Source of the DNA: Cycas panzhihuaensis
Taxonomy: Eukaryota; Plantae; Cycadophyta
NCBI GenBank assembly: GCA_023213395.1
Contig: CM041465.1
Span: 202,437,741-202,501,740, forward strand
Length of the DNA: 64,000 nucleotides
Reading direction: 5' to 3'
Below are positions 36,667-51,131 of this stretch, piece after piece. The notes under the pieces are model-generated. The model had not been told where the DNA came from, searched no databases, and was given only the letters and a program-made list of their open reading frames with translations. The translations under genes and the position numbers were made by a program. How positions within the stretch are numbered: position 1 is the first letter of the stretch; every line of letters starts with the position of its first letter.

Positions 36667-39600
36667 ATGTCTTCACAACTCAAGTAAAATGTAAATTAGA
36701 TTCTTAAATAGCAAGAAATTTAGGACATGTAGTTCACTAGTATCAAATATACTGCAAAGTATGAAGGTATTTGGAGAGATCACTTGCAACTTATACCAAG
36801 TGTTGTTGCTACAACTACCACACCTATTTTTGGAGGAACTGCTCCTACTGAAGCTACATCCAAACACCAATGGAAACTTGATGATGATAAAATCCATGCA
36901 GGGATACTTCTTGTCACTGATTATTTTCTGCATAATCTCATTGATGAAGTTGTAGATAATACATCATGGAAAGTTCTTGAAGTTATCAAAAAGAACTTTG
37001 ACACTAAATCAGACTTAGAATTTGCTCACTTAGTGATAAAAATAAACAAATAAAAAATGCATAAAAAATATGTAAGTGAGATAATCAATCTCCTTTGTCC
37101 AATCAAGCAAGCCATTGATAAAGATTTCAATACTCAATGCATTACATGGGCTTTCTTAATTTAATCATATCTCCATATCCCAAATTATAAAAATGTATTG
37201 GGAAGTCTTCAATCTAGTAGCACCTTAAAGACCCTAAACTTTGAGGCTCTTATTGATAAGTTTATCAAATTTAACAAGACCTTTGATACCAACTTTGTCA
37301 CTACATTAGATCCAGCCAATGTTGCTTTTGAAGTGGAAGAAGATATTTTATATACTAAAAATCAAGATCAATCCTCTCGTAGAGGTGGTAATTCCCACAA
37401 AAGAGGCATAGGTAGAAAATTAGGACAACATCCTCATGATCAACAGGCTCCTCAACTCCAACAAAAGTAGTCTTAAGGCCAAGGCTAAAATAATCAACCT
37501 GGACCTAGATCCAATAATCAAAGACAATCTGGCCAGCCTGATACTTCTTGTGGAATTGGAATCAAATAATTTTGTGCTAAAGGTGTCATAGAAAAGGATA
37601 CTATACCAAAAATTATAGAACTTCCACTAACAAACTACTAAGTTATCAATAATACTATGGTGCACATAATATTAATAATACTTCTTTTGAAGATGCTTTT
37701 AGTGGAACCCAATTTACTCATTCACACCTTTAAAGAATTAGGACCACTTCATCAAATGTTATTAACAGATCCACTAAGTATATTAAGGCTCATTGTGGTT
37801 ATGCTTATTCACTTTGGCCTTCACTACTTGGAGTTACAAATAGTGCCACATCAAATACTTCATCTTGGATCACGGATATTGGAACAACACAACATATTAC
37901 TTGTCATCACTAATTCTTTCAGGATTTTGACTCTAAAGTTCGTGGTGTTGTATACATGACTGACAAATCATCTCATCCAATTAAAGGACTTGGAACTGTT
38001 TGTCTACAACTCCTAGATCTTTCAGATTTTACCCTTGTTGATATTTTATATATTTCTACTCTAAAGCAAAACCTACTCTCCATGTTGACCCTTGTCTCTC
38101 ATGGATTTGATCAAAGTGTAACTGCAAATAATCAAACTTTGTGCCATTCACCCTCCTTCAAATGCTATGGTTATGGCCAGAATTCTTGATGGCAAACCTT
38201 TTCGCCTAACTAGCTCATTATCCTCTGAAGCTAACTATATTAATGATGACTCTACTTTTACCACAACCCTAACTCCTTAAAAGTTATTCCAAGTGGCCCC
38301 ATGGCATACTCATATGGGGCATATCAAAATTGATCGTTTAAGAGAACTACATGTCACTCTTCCTAGTATGCCTAGCCTTTCCTATAAGCCCTTCAAATGC
38401 GAAGCATGTATCATTGACAAATCTTAAAGACAACCCTTTCCTCGTAGTTAGTGGAAATCTAGCCAACCTTTACAACTTATACACTCAGATATATGCAGTC
38501 ATATGCCCGCCCCTTCTCTTAAAGAGAAGTGGTACTATATTACTTTCATTGATGATTTTACCAAGAAAGTATGGGTTGCTTTTCTTACAAAGAAAGATAA
38601 AGTTTTTTCTATATTTCAAGCTTTCAAGGTCTATGTGGAAAATGAATATGGATTCAAGATCAAAATACTTAGGACTGGCAATGGTGGAGAGTACACCTCT
38701 AATGAATTTGAATTGTATTTATGTCATCATGGGATCAAACATTATACCACAATTTCAAGTACACCCTAGTAAAATGGAATTACTGAGCGCATAAATAGGA
38801 CCATCATGAATATAGCTCGTGCTATGCTAGTATACAAGAATGTCCCAGTCTATCTTTAGGCCAAAGCTATTTGGACTTCTATGTATTGCATCAACATTGT
38901 TAGTCCCTCCAAACTCGACCCCTCTCTACATGAAATATGGTATGGACAAACCCCCTTTATCTCCCACTTCAAATTTTTTGGCTCTACTTGTTATGCTTAG
39001 AGGAACACGGAAATAAGCTCTAAGATAGGGCCCTCAAAGGCATCTTTGTCAGGTACCGTATGGACAAAAAAGGCTACAAGGTTTTTCTACCTTTGTAGTA
39101 CAAAATCATCATCACTAGAGATGTTATCTTTGTAGAGACTAAAGATCAATTATTTAGACTTGACTCCAAGATGCTTTCATATCGATTTAATAATGCTACT
39201 AAATTTGATGTCTAGATTCTAAAATTTAGGGATGGAGATGCTCAATAGTTGCTCAAAATCTTGAAATCTAACAATAAAGTTATGGAGGATACAAGTTGTG
39301 ACTCCTAGCTAATGTGTACACATCCATCATCATCATCTGAGAATAACCAAGTTGACAAAGGCAAAGCCATAGCATGAGGATTACATTTTCTAACATCAGT
39401 GGCTATCCCATCTTCTCTAACATCGTTAACTTCCTCCGTGCCAAACATTTCACATGATCTTTTTTAGGATCAAAATAAAGACCAAGAGGTTGTAGAAATG
39501 AAAACCTCATTTCCAACTTAAGGTTTTCATGAAACCCACCAGCTACACAAGGATATGCGACCAGATGAGGTAGGTAAATCTAGCACTAGAAGTACCTATA

Positions 39601-41160
39601 GAGCAAGGATACATAAATCACTTTCCATTGAGTTTGAACCAAAATAATTGTACCTTACTCTTAATGAATAGCCCCTAATATACTAAGAAGTTGTAAAGCA
39701 TATAGTTTGGAGAAATACCATGAACGAAGAATACCAATCTCTTATCAAGAACAGTACATAGGAGCTTGTTGATCTACCACTTGGAAGAAAGGTAGTTCAA
39801 AACAAATGGGTATTAAAAAACAACTACAAATCAGATGTCATCCTATAAAAACATAAGACGAAGTTGGTAGCTAAAGGATTCACTCAAAGGGAAGGCATCA
39901 ACTACACTAAAATCTTTGCTCCTATAACCAAGTGGTCTACAACCAAAACTCCTATAACTTTGGCTACTCAATAAGGTTGAAAAATCCACCTATTAGATGT
40001 TAAGACTGTATTTCTCAATGGGGAGCTTAAAGAAGAAATTTACATAGCTCAACTAGAAGGATACGAGATTGCTGGTCAGGAGCATAAGGTTTGCAAGCTC
40101 AGAAAGTCCTTGTATGACCTAAAATAAGCCCCTTGTGCTTGGTTTACTAAGTTGTCTAAAAGAATGAGGTAACTTGGATATGAGGTTTGCGACTATCAAG
40201 ATATTAATGCAACACTATTCATCAAGCGCTAAAATGATAAAGTCACTTATCTCTTAATCTTTGTGTATGATATGCTAATAATGGGGAATATTAAATAAGT
40301 AATTAGCGAGCTAAAGAAGGACCTTGCTAAAACTTTTGAATTGTCTGACCTCGAGTTGATGAAATATTACTTGGGAATTGAAGTAGCTCAAAAGAATAGA
40401 AAAATCTTTCTCTCCCAAGAAAAATATATCAATGATCTTCTGACAAAGTTTTAGTTGGAAGGTGCTTGACTAGTGGCTACACCTATAGAACCTAATGTTA
40501 AACTCTTAGTTGATGGTGATACTAGGAAGGCAGACACAACACTCTATAGGTAACTTGTAGGTAGTCTCATCTATACTACCAATATAAGGCTAGATATTAC
40601 ACACTCTATTGGTATTCTTGCAAGATTCATGACAAATCTTAGCATAATCACTAGCAAGCTACAATACGAGTGTTGAGGTACCTGAAGACAACTAACAAAT
40701 ATGGTCTGTTGTATAAACCCAATGCAGAATTCAAACTTTATGTATGCATAGACTTAAATTTTATTGGAGATAAAGACAGAGGAAGAACTATGTTTGGGTA
40801 CATAACATTTCTTGGAACAACACTAACATCATAGAGATCTAAACGATAGAAGATAGTTATAGACTCAACTACCAAAGCTGAATATATTACTACTTATGAG
40901 ACAAGCAAGGAAATATGGCTTAGAAAATTATTGAATACATTAAATGCCACCCAAACTAGTTCTACTAGCTTACACGATCATACCAAACATATAAGTATGA
41001 AAGTCCATATGATTAAAGAACTAGTTCATAATGGCATAATTCAACTGGAATATTATCCCACAGTAGATCAAATGGCCGATATGTTTACCAAACCACTGAA
41101 GAGAGTGAAGTTTGAATAGTTCCAAAGGCAGCTCAGCCTTAGCGCCTCCATATCTAACCA
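36667..41160 (+). pseudogene. Copia gag-pol pseudogene, paralogous to 28090-32660
   Basis: WKVLEVIKKNFDTKSDLEF; WYYITFIDDFTKKVWVAFL..LRTGNGGEYTS; HDHTKHI..DQMADMFTKPL. More stops than the first copy. Confidence 0.95.
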
Positions 41161-41187
41161 ATTGAAGGAGATGACAATAGGACCATC

Positions 41188-41350
41188 ATACTCTATCTCA
41201 TTCGTGAAAACCCCTTGTGGGCGTAGAAGGACAACAGTAAGTCTCTTCTCTATCCCATTCATGAAAACCCCTTGTGAGCACAAAAGGATAAGGGTTGTAT
41301 TATTTTAGAAAATTAGAACCTGTGAAAACCTAAAAAGGCATAGGGGATGA
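41188..41350 (+). other. Triplicated hairpin module downstream of pol (copy 2)
   Basis: gtgaaaacccc, atgaaaacccc and gtgaaaacct in the same arrangement as 32688-32850. Confidence 0.7.
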
Positions 41351-42646
41351 TCAAATGGTATATGGAGACTCAGTAGATTTTAGCTATAAAATTCGTTGTA
41401 CTACTTAGCTGTCTGGCTTCATTTAAAGGGTTGCCTAATCTAGGTTAGTAGATTAGAAAGTTTGTGGGTTTTCTTCCCCATGAGGGTTTGTCACAAAAGT
41501 GTCATAGTAGTTTGCTTTATAAGAGGCTCAAATGAAAACCTCATAGAATAAAATAAAATATGATGAAATGACCTTCTACCATTAAGGGAGAGATTGAAAT
41601 GAGTTAATATCACAAGGCTATTACATTAGTTGATTATTCCTAAAAAGGGTCTTAAGTGAACTTTAAATTAGATCACTTAAGTAAAATGCACTTTCATGTG
41701 CATTATGTGTAATTTCATTTCACCTAACTCTAATGCTCCCTCTCTTAATATAAAAGTAAAAACTCAATGGAGGAGGCTCATTCTTACCTCCCTACTTTAT
41801 AAGAGCTACTCTTTTTCTCTCAAGTCTCTATTGCTCACATATTTATCTTTGTGTTTAGTGCATATGGAAATGAAGGATAGATCCACTCCTTTCATATATG
41901 CTAGGTCATTACTTGGGTTATCTACCCTATTATTTATGTCCTTTATGGTTGTTGATGGGTGATTCACCATTTTACTTGGTTAAAGTCTCTTTTCAGATCT
42001 CAATGGTATTTATATATAAAAGGAATAAAGGAAAAAAAAGTTTTTTTCTATTTGAGCACCTTGATTTTGTAGCTTGCATAATATATTTTTATTCCTAAGA
42101 TTGCCTAAAAAATAAGGCTCTAATACCACTTGTAGAAATCCTAATTAGGATTCACACTTAAAAGGTTAATAATTACTATATACTAGACTAACTTTATGGA
42201 GTATTTATGTAATTTATCCAATGAAAGAAAGGAAAAATACTATATCTATTATTGTATTCTCAAAATAGATTAAAATATCAACTAAAATAATATATAGTAA
42301 ATGTGAGAAAACTTACAAGTATGAAAGCTGGAATCAAACACCCTCTTCAAGGTAAGGTATCCTCCAAAACTATTGCCCCTAAGGCCAAATATATAATAGA
42401 TCCAAATTCACAATGATGCCGAAGAACAAGGTCGAAGAGCCTTATAAATAAGCAGATAGATAAGATCTAGGGAACTTGGCAAAAATAAGGAAAGGAAATT
42501 AACCAAAATAGATAACCAAGGTTAGCTAGAATATATTTAAAAGTCGATTAGAAAATATCATAAATAACTCTTACTTGAAGTTAGCCAAACTAAGCCAAAA
42601 TATGTTATGAATAGAGGTCGGCCAAACTACTAGAAGGAATACTACA

Positions 42647-43105
42647 TTGGTTATACAAGCATGTGTTAGCCCCTACCCTCACTAGAAATGGTTGATAAAT
42701 GGATTAAAAATAGATAGAGATAAGAAGAAATTAGATTATATAAGATAAAATATCTATTGCATTGTGTATATTTTTTGTGATTTATTAATAAAGCTAGTGC
42801 AAGGTTGCTTTTAATCAAGTATCTATGGTATTATGGAAGAAGTCTATTTATTATTCATGTGGACTCTGGAATTCAACTCAAATGGTTTAAAGCATGTTTG
42901 TGATCATATGTGGATGTAACTTGAGGGTTTGTATGTTATACTTTAGAAATATCTTCCCAAGTTGGTAGGTCCTTTAGGTGAATTTGTAGTAGTTGAAACT
43001 AAATTGAAGTTTGGTACTTATCCTAATATTAAAGCTTATGCAAAAGTGAATAATAAGTAAAATGACCCACTACCCATTTTTATATGATTTATTTGGTGAA
43101 AAGAA
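42647..43105 (+). mobile_element. LINE ORF1 remnant (DUF4283-like); host of the two flanking gypsy insertions, upstream part ~22075-22580
   Basis: PLPSLEMVDKWIKNR...LWYYGRSL...WTLEFNS...MWM*LEGLYVIL*KYLPKLVGPLGEFV...YPNIKAYAKV. Confidence 0.6.
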
Positions 43106-46100
43106 TGTTAAAGTACTTTCCAAGGTTGATGGAAAAAGAGCATCTGATTGCATAGAGAATGTTAATACTAAAGTCACAACCACATGATTAAGAAAGAGAA
43201 GGATAAGGATAATTATTAATTTGTGTGAATAAGCCTTATATCTCCACCAATGGGATTGGAGGACCCATGGTTTGCCAATAGGATGCTAGAGTTAACATCC
43301 ATTTTTGCTTATATAAGGCCAAGAAATTATAAAAGGAACTCTTATCTTATCATATTGTCTTTTGAGATTGTACAAGAGAACATTTTATCTTTTGGTGATC
43401 ATTAAGCTTTCTTGTACTCCTTTGATATACTTGTATTATTGAGTCCTTAATAAAGATTTTTAAACTCCTAATTTTCTTTAAAAAGTATTTTTTGGGTGTA
43501 ACCCATGGATCAGATCATTGTAAGTGGTATCAAAGTGAGGCTTAATAACCATGCAGAGCATTCAGAAGCTAGAAAAAGGTTTTATTTTCCCCTTAGTTAC
43601 TCTCGTAACTCCTCTCTTTCAGTTTTTATTTTTGTTATTTCAAATTTTTGTTAAAGAGTAGATAATTTTTATTTTTATTATTTCAATTTTTTGTTGAAGG
43701 GTAGATAACTCTACTTGGTAGGTACCATTTCCATTCCCTCTTGTTCCTTCCTTAGATTTTGGGTAGATAAATCTATGTGGTAGTTACCTGCCATATGCAG
43801 AGACCCTATCCCAAGGGTCTTTAAATATCACAAAGGATCTGTCATTCTGGGATATGTGCATTATGGATTTTTTGCCCTTACATGAAGGACTTTGTCTACC
43901 TCTATTGAATCAAGTCTTAGATAGAACTCATATATAGAATTGAGCCTCCACATACCTTCAAGTATATCGGAGGACCCCTTCTAGGATTCCCCTTCCTTAC
44001 TTAGATTAAGAAACCTATCAGTCGCTAAAGCTTATAGTGCAATGGTTAGTGGTTAGTGCCATGAAGCTACCTATCATGAACCCCTACAAAGGGATTTATC
44101 AATAAGCCTATGAGATCAAGCATTTTCATTATTAGAATTAGTAGGTTCTCCTATTCAATACTCATTTCTCTCTAGAAAGGCCCCAAACTACTAAACAACT
44201 TACCATTACAAAGCAAATACGAGCTCTTAAAATTAACAATCATATAATTGGGAAGCTTGTTGTTAAAATTACCCAAGGAGTTTGTCAATCATATTGAAAC
44301 AAATCCTGAGAGCCTCATCTTCAAGAATGCAACTAAGATCAGTCATCTCAAATAGTTGGCACACCCTAAAGATTATGAAAGTTAAGGTTTAAACAAGCTT
44401 ATTCAATAGAAAGTAGTCTTTGAGTTTAGTATCCTGTCCAAACCTTTAGCATTCTTAAAGTTCATTTTCATTTCAAAGTCTATATTAGAGTCAATATCTT
44501 GTCCAGTTCAAGTTTAGCCTATTAGAACTTAAGTCTCATAACCAATTTTCCTTAGTCTATTTATTAAAAAAAAAAAAAAACAAATAAAGAAAAGGCCATA
44601 TCTTTCTACATACTTTCGAGAATTAAAACAAGCCTTGAACAATATTACTCATTACAAGGGAAAAAAAGAAAAAAGTCTATGACCTTAAAAGTGACATTAA
44701 ATTTCACCTATCTTATTTTGATCACTATGTTACACTGATAAAGATTCACTAGGTCAATTTTAATTGTCGAATCTTAGGGAAAATAACATACAAGCACCCC
44801 ATGGGCCTCATGGGCCTATGTTTCTACTTACAACTCATGTATTTTATTTTGATGATTTTTTTTTTGCTCATCCTAGTGCACTAAGTGTTTTGATTGCTTA
44901 AAATATGGGGTCAACAATTTATCAACAACCTAATTCCCTATTTCTCCCTTCTCGTGTCCTATTTCTCATATATTCCCACTTCTTTAAAACACATGTTTTG
45001 TCTAACTTCTCCTAGCTCTAATATCCTTTTCTTCTCGCTATATCCCACTTCGTTAAAGACCCCTTCTAGTTGACTTACATGATGGCACCATCTAACTAAG
45101 GTTAGCATCCTTTTCCTTTGAAAACTGATGTTAAAAATATCAAAGTGAATATGAAAATGAACTTCATAGATGTAAAGGCACAAATCACTAATATGGTACA
45201 ATAATTTTAAGCCCTTAGTACACAAATCCCCAATTTCTCATTGACATTTACTTCTAACACCTCCCAAGGTATAACTCCTTAGGGTAGAACCCCACCTCCT
45301 AATCTCCTTGTCAGTAAACTTTCAATTATAAAATCAATATACTAATCTTTGATCCAAATCTCAACAAAGATGCAACTCATACTTGGATCAGCAGGTTGGA
45401 CTCATACTTCACACTTAATTAAATATCCCAAGCAAATCAGTTGACATTTGCTTCTATTCACCTGTAACGTAAGGCATACTATTGGTACAAATGGTGGACC
45501 AAGGAATATCACATGAATCAAGCATGGGATATTTTTTGTAAATATTTTTTTGAGTAGTATGAGGAAACCTAGAACCAATCATTTTTTAGTCAACTAACTC
45601 GGTTAAGACAATCTAACTCTATTGAAGTAATACATTGATGAATTTCAAACCATTCACAATCGAGTCACTCAACATCTTGATAAGCAAACACTTATTGAAA
45701 CTTATATAGATAGAATAAAAGACAAGATACAAATGAGGCTAAAGACCATCTCTCCTCCCAACCTTAGGGATGTTATCAATGTAGCTAAGGTAGTGGAAAC
45801 AAAATTTATAGTAGAAAGAACACCTAGTTTTAGAAGAAAATCAACGTGATCCAATCACCTAAGGCAATCAGATCCGTATAGGCCCCTAAGGTTCTAAACA
45901 GATGACCATATAAGATAACCAACATAAGAACTAACATAACAATCACCAACAGAACAATCATCAATAAGGGTTTCCACATCAAAGCCACATAGGCATAAGG
46001 AACCAAGCCTCTACACTTAGTATGTTAAAAATTGGTTCAACAGGCATGGTAGAGTTTATAAAGCTAGAAAATTATTATTTACCATTGACCCTAATTCTTA

Positions 46101-49100
46101 TTCAAAAGATGAAATTAAAGAAGAACCTCTATTGGACTCCCATCCACCATTAGAACTTAAGCCCATTCTTGAATCTTCCCTATCTTTTATTTCCTCTTCT
46201 ACCTGCCCTAACCCATTACGAGTAAGAGGGACCTTAAGGAGGACCCCTATTACAATCTTAATCAATGGTAGTGCGTCATTGAACTTCATCGATATTACAA
46301 TCACCAAGCAACTAAACCTATACATTGAACCAAAAATATGTTTCAATTACTCTCTACCTAGTCATTATAGCCTTTAATATACTAGGATTATTTGAAACCT
46401 TCAAGTTCAAGTTGGTATTTATCAACTCAAATCTAACTTTTATGCTTTATTAATTGGAGGCTCAAATGTGATCTTAAGAATCCAATGGCTCCAAACCTTA
46501 GGAACTTATAGTACCAACAATTCTTCAAACAATCCTTTTATGATATTTAAAGATCAATTTAAATAAACCCATAAATTGTATAGTCTTTAGTTACTACCAA
46601 ACAAACTAATATCTCTATAGCAAATGAGTAAGCAACTCAATGGGAGTATTGGTTATATTATCCAAATTAATAACATTTAACCACAACTGAAGGTTCATTT
46701 GAATATCTAAATAATCTTAACCAAGTACTAGTCCATTTTTAATCCTCTACTAGGTAGTCTTCCCCTAAATCGTGAATTCTACCACACTATTAATTTAAAG
46801 CACCCACATAACCCCATCAACTTACAACCATATCAAATTTTGTGTTTTTAAAAAGTGAGATTGGGTATATCACAAATGTACTCCTAGATATGGTCATCGT
46901 TCAACCTAGTAAGAGCTCTTATGCCACTCCTATTATGCTTATTTAGAAAAAAGATGGTTTTTTTCAGCTCTACATCAATTATAGAGAATTTAATAAATTC
47001 ACTATTAAGAATAAGTTTCTAAACCCCTGAATAAATGACATGTTAGATGAAATCCATGGGGCCATGTTTTTTTCAAACTAGATTTACAATCTGGGTATTA
47101 TCAAATTCCCATAGCACCAAAGGATAAGCATAAAATAACCTTCAGAACCCACCATGGCCATTTTAAATTCTAGATCATGCCCTTTAGATTATACAACACT
47201 CCCACTACCTTCCAAGCTTCGATGAATAAATTTTTTATGCCCTACTTTAAAAATTAATCATTATTTTATTTGATGATATACTCATCTATAGTACCACCAT
47301 GGCCCTACATATTCAACATCTAGAGTCTGCCTTATGGGTTCTCAAGTAAAACCAACTATATGCCAAAAATATCATCATACAATTTTAGCAAAACTAAATT
47401 ATAATACCTAAGGTATATCATCTCCATAGAAGGGGTACAAGTAGACCCTGATAAATATCAGTCATCATTTAGTGGTCCATATTAAAAATCCTCACGTAAT
47501 TAAGGGCATTCCTTGGATTGGCTAGATTTTATTATTGTTTTATTAAAAATTATCCTCCCATAGTAGCCCCCTGGAAAATTTATTATATAAAGAATTGTTT
47601 CAATAGTCACTAGGTATTGAAGATGCATTCAACCACCTAAAAATGCTCATGTCCTCCACATCAATCCTTATCACTCAAATTTTCACAATGTTTTCAATTA
47701 GAATGTGATGCCTCTAGAGTTGGATGAGGAGTTATCCTCATGCAAAACTTTCATCCTATTACATTTGAAAGCCAGAAGCTCAAAGATCATGAGTGTCACT
47801 TATCAAGCTATTAAAAGGAAACGAGGACTATTCTTCATGCAATGGATAAGTTACATCAATATCTACTTGGATCCAAGTTCACCCTTATGATTGAGCATCA
47901 TAGCCTCTGATGCTTATTAGACCAACCAGTTCTGTTGGAGGAATATGCCAAGTGGGTCGAAAGACTTTAGGTTTTTGACTTTTCAATCACTTATAAAAAA
48001 AGCAAGAATAATATCATTGTAGATGCTCATTCTCATCTTTCAATAGAACCAGTCATTCAGGCCATCTCCTTCGCCTAACCCTCCTAGTTATAAGACCTTA
48101 TCTATGAAAATGAAGCCTAAGTTGATTTTTCCACCTGGGCCAATAAAGTCTAAAATCATAAAGATTGGACTCTACATAACAATCACCTTCTATATCAAAA
48201 TTACATTTTTATCCATCTAACATCACCATTTATCCCTCACATCTTAATAGAATATTATAATAGCCCTCTTGGTATTTAGTCAAGGTTTGACAAAATATAC
48301 CACCAAATTTGATCATACTTCTACTTGTAGCACATGAAGTCCACCATCCTTACATATGTCTTAGAATGCAAAACATGCTAATGAAATAAGGTAGAGACCA
48401 AAGCCCATCCTAACCTCCTCCAACCATTGAAATTTTTCCAAGGTAAATGACAAGACATTGTCATGGATTTTATTACTAAACTACCATTATCTACAAGATA
48501 TGACTCTATTTAGGTTATCATCACCAAATATACTCACTTCTTACTAGTTCATAAAACTTATAAAGCTCCTTGGTTGGTTGATCTCTACATCCAATTTATC
48601 TTTTGCCTTCATGGCATCCTATCTATAATTATCTTTAACCAAGATCTAAAATTCATGAGCATATTTTGGCAAAAGCTTTTTCAAGCATCTAGAACCTCTT
48701 TCAACATGAGCTTATCATATCATCCACATATAAATGGACAATTAAAGGTTCTCACTATAACATTATAAACATATATACACTGCTTTATATCAAATCATCA
48801 AAATTGTTGGACTTCTTACTTAGCATTATTGAAATATTGGTATAACTCTTCCCATAAACCTTCCATTGGGATGATCCCATTTATGGCTCTTTATGGATAT
48901 TCCACACATCACACCATATAGTGGCTGCCAATCCTTGAATTATGGGAGCACAATAAAAACTTCAAGATATGGATTAAATCTTACACAATCTTAAGCAAAA
49001 CCTAACAGATTCTCAAAATTAAATATAGTAATTGGTTGAATACCCCTAGTTTGAGAGAGTATTTATTGTGGGCAATTTGATCTTTCTTCATCTCCAACCT

Positions 49101-49926
49101 TACAAGTAATAATCCCTTCACCATAAAGAATCCCATAAACTAATCCCTTGCTATTATGGTCCCTACAAAGTTCTCAAAAGAATCAGTGAAGTAGCCTATG
49201 CTTTGAACCTTACCCTTGACTCAAAAATCCACAATGTCTTCCATGTTTCCTACTTAAAGAAATACCTCAAAAAAATTGTTATCCCTTAAACAACCCTACC
49301 CATCCTCTATGAAGAAGAAGTCCTTATGATTCCTCCAGTTGGCATTCTAAATTCTTACCAATACCATCTCTAAAATAGAACCATTTCTGAGTACTTAGTG
49401 TAGTGGGCTAGTTGTAACCCTGATGAAGCAACATGGAGTTAGAGGAATTTATCAAGAAACATCTGTATCTTTAATGGTTTAAAGACCTAATATCATACGG
49501 AGGAGGACTTGTTAAAGAACTTTCCAAAGTTAATGACATAAGAGCATCCAATCACATGGAGAAGGTTAATGCTAAAGTCAAAGCCACATGATTAAGAAAG
49601 AGAAGGTTAAGGACAATTATTAATTCATGTGCACAAGCCTCATATCTCTATCAATGGGATTAGAGAGCCCATGTTCTGCCAATAGGATGCTAGAGTTACC
49701 AGTCAATTTTGATAATATAAGGCCAAGCAATTGTAAAAGGAACTCTTATACTATCTTATTATCTTATGAGATCATACGAGAATACATTTTATTGTTCTGT
49801 GATCATTAAGCTTTCTTGTGATCCTTTAATGTAATTATGCTATTGAGTCCTTAATAAAGATCTTTGAACTCCCAGTTTTCTTTAAAAAGTATTCTTTATG
49901 TGCAAACCATAGATTAGATCATTGCA
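43106..49926 (+). mobile_element. Ty3/gypsy chromovirus (Reina-like), full-length but degraded
   Basis: 417-bp LTRs 43106-43522 and 49510-49926. PBS tggtatcaaagt at 43525-43536. PPT ggaggagga. TSD aagaa / aaaaa. Confidence 0.93.
45290..49475 (+). pseudogene. gag-pol pseudogene with chromodomain
   Basis: Protease ILINGSASLNFID; RT ..ILFDDILIYS; integrase SLSYHPHINGQ and YYGPYKVLKRISEVAYALNL; chromodomain EYLV*WASCNPDEATW. Confidence 0.9.
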
Positions 49927-51032
49927 AAAAAATTGTCTAGGGAGTTATGTATATATAGGTGGGATGTTAGTGATATATTTGACTCCACTCATGGTACTAG
50001 CACTAGCATTGATAGAGTTCCAACCATAGAGATTGGTTGCAAAAATACTTAGTGAGAGCAAACCTCTAATTATGTAGTAGGATACTTATGGGAAGGAGAT
50101 CACATTAATAAAAACATTATAGTCTAATTTTTCCAAGATTGTAAAGTAGCTTATAACAAGAATTGTATGATAATTTATGACATTATCTTAGTGAGAGCTA
50201 ACACTAATAACTATTACAGTAGATGACATATCGTAGATTTAGATGATGAAGTAGACTATTCCCTAAACCACACATACTCAACTATTATGACTAACTATGT
50301 GTAATAAAGAAGCCAAGTGTCACATTGATGAAGGCCCCTCTCATTGTTATATGTAGATTATAGAGGAAATCATAAAGAGTTTTATAAGTAAACAACTTAC
50401 CATAAAGATACTACAAAGATTAAATAAATGCCAATAACTATATGCTTCATACTTGTCTTACATTAATAAAGCCTTGATATTAAAGAAGAGCATAGTCCAT
50501 TATCTACCCTTGATATTCAAGTCCTTAGAGTTGACAGTGAAGGCTAGACATTTTATCTATGAGGTATCATTAGAAGGACCTCTATTGTAGGTTGTTCTAG
50601 TAAGAGTCAATATGAAATAATCATAAGCATGGATCATTACACAAGAGCAACATATCCATTCCTTAACATAGGAGCTTACACAATCCAAGCATAATTTGAC
50701 AAGGTAGAGGTTAAACTATATGTTTATAAGGAATGGACATTTGATGTTAAACTAAGTTGGCATTTTGAGACCAGTATGGGGCTGATGTGAGAAAATTTCC
50801 TTAGATGGTTTAATTGGGACAAAGTCTCTAAGGCTATGAATGATAGCTAACGTATACAATCCTAGGTAATTGGCATCAAGTTGATGGAAGGAATGCAATC
50901 CCTCCTTGAGCAATAATAATATATTATGATTGAGCTATTATTTAATTATGTTGACACTATGGTATTGGAATTTGTGGGAGAAAGGAGTAGGGGTATGAAC
51001 GTGATGGTATAAACATGGTTAATGATGGGGGA

Positions 51033-51051
51033 AATAATAATAATAATATTA

Positions 51052-51131
<80 letters not shown>
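51033..51131. repeat. (AAT)n/(ATT)n microsatellite within putative LTR
   Basis: Short AAT run followed by ~26 ATT units. Confidence 0.95.

Larger units (their letters stand above)
34329..41894 (+). mobile_element. Second Ty1/copia element of the same lineage, 5' LTR partly inverted and deleted
   Basis: 3' LTR 41595-41894 after PPT aagggagaga. The 5' LTR's 3' part (~34461-34571) is followed by PBS tggtatcagag at 34574-34584. 34329-34439 is the reverse complement of 41651-41761. No TSD. Confidence 0.92.
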
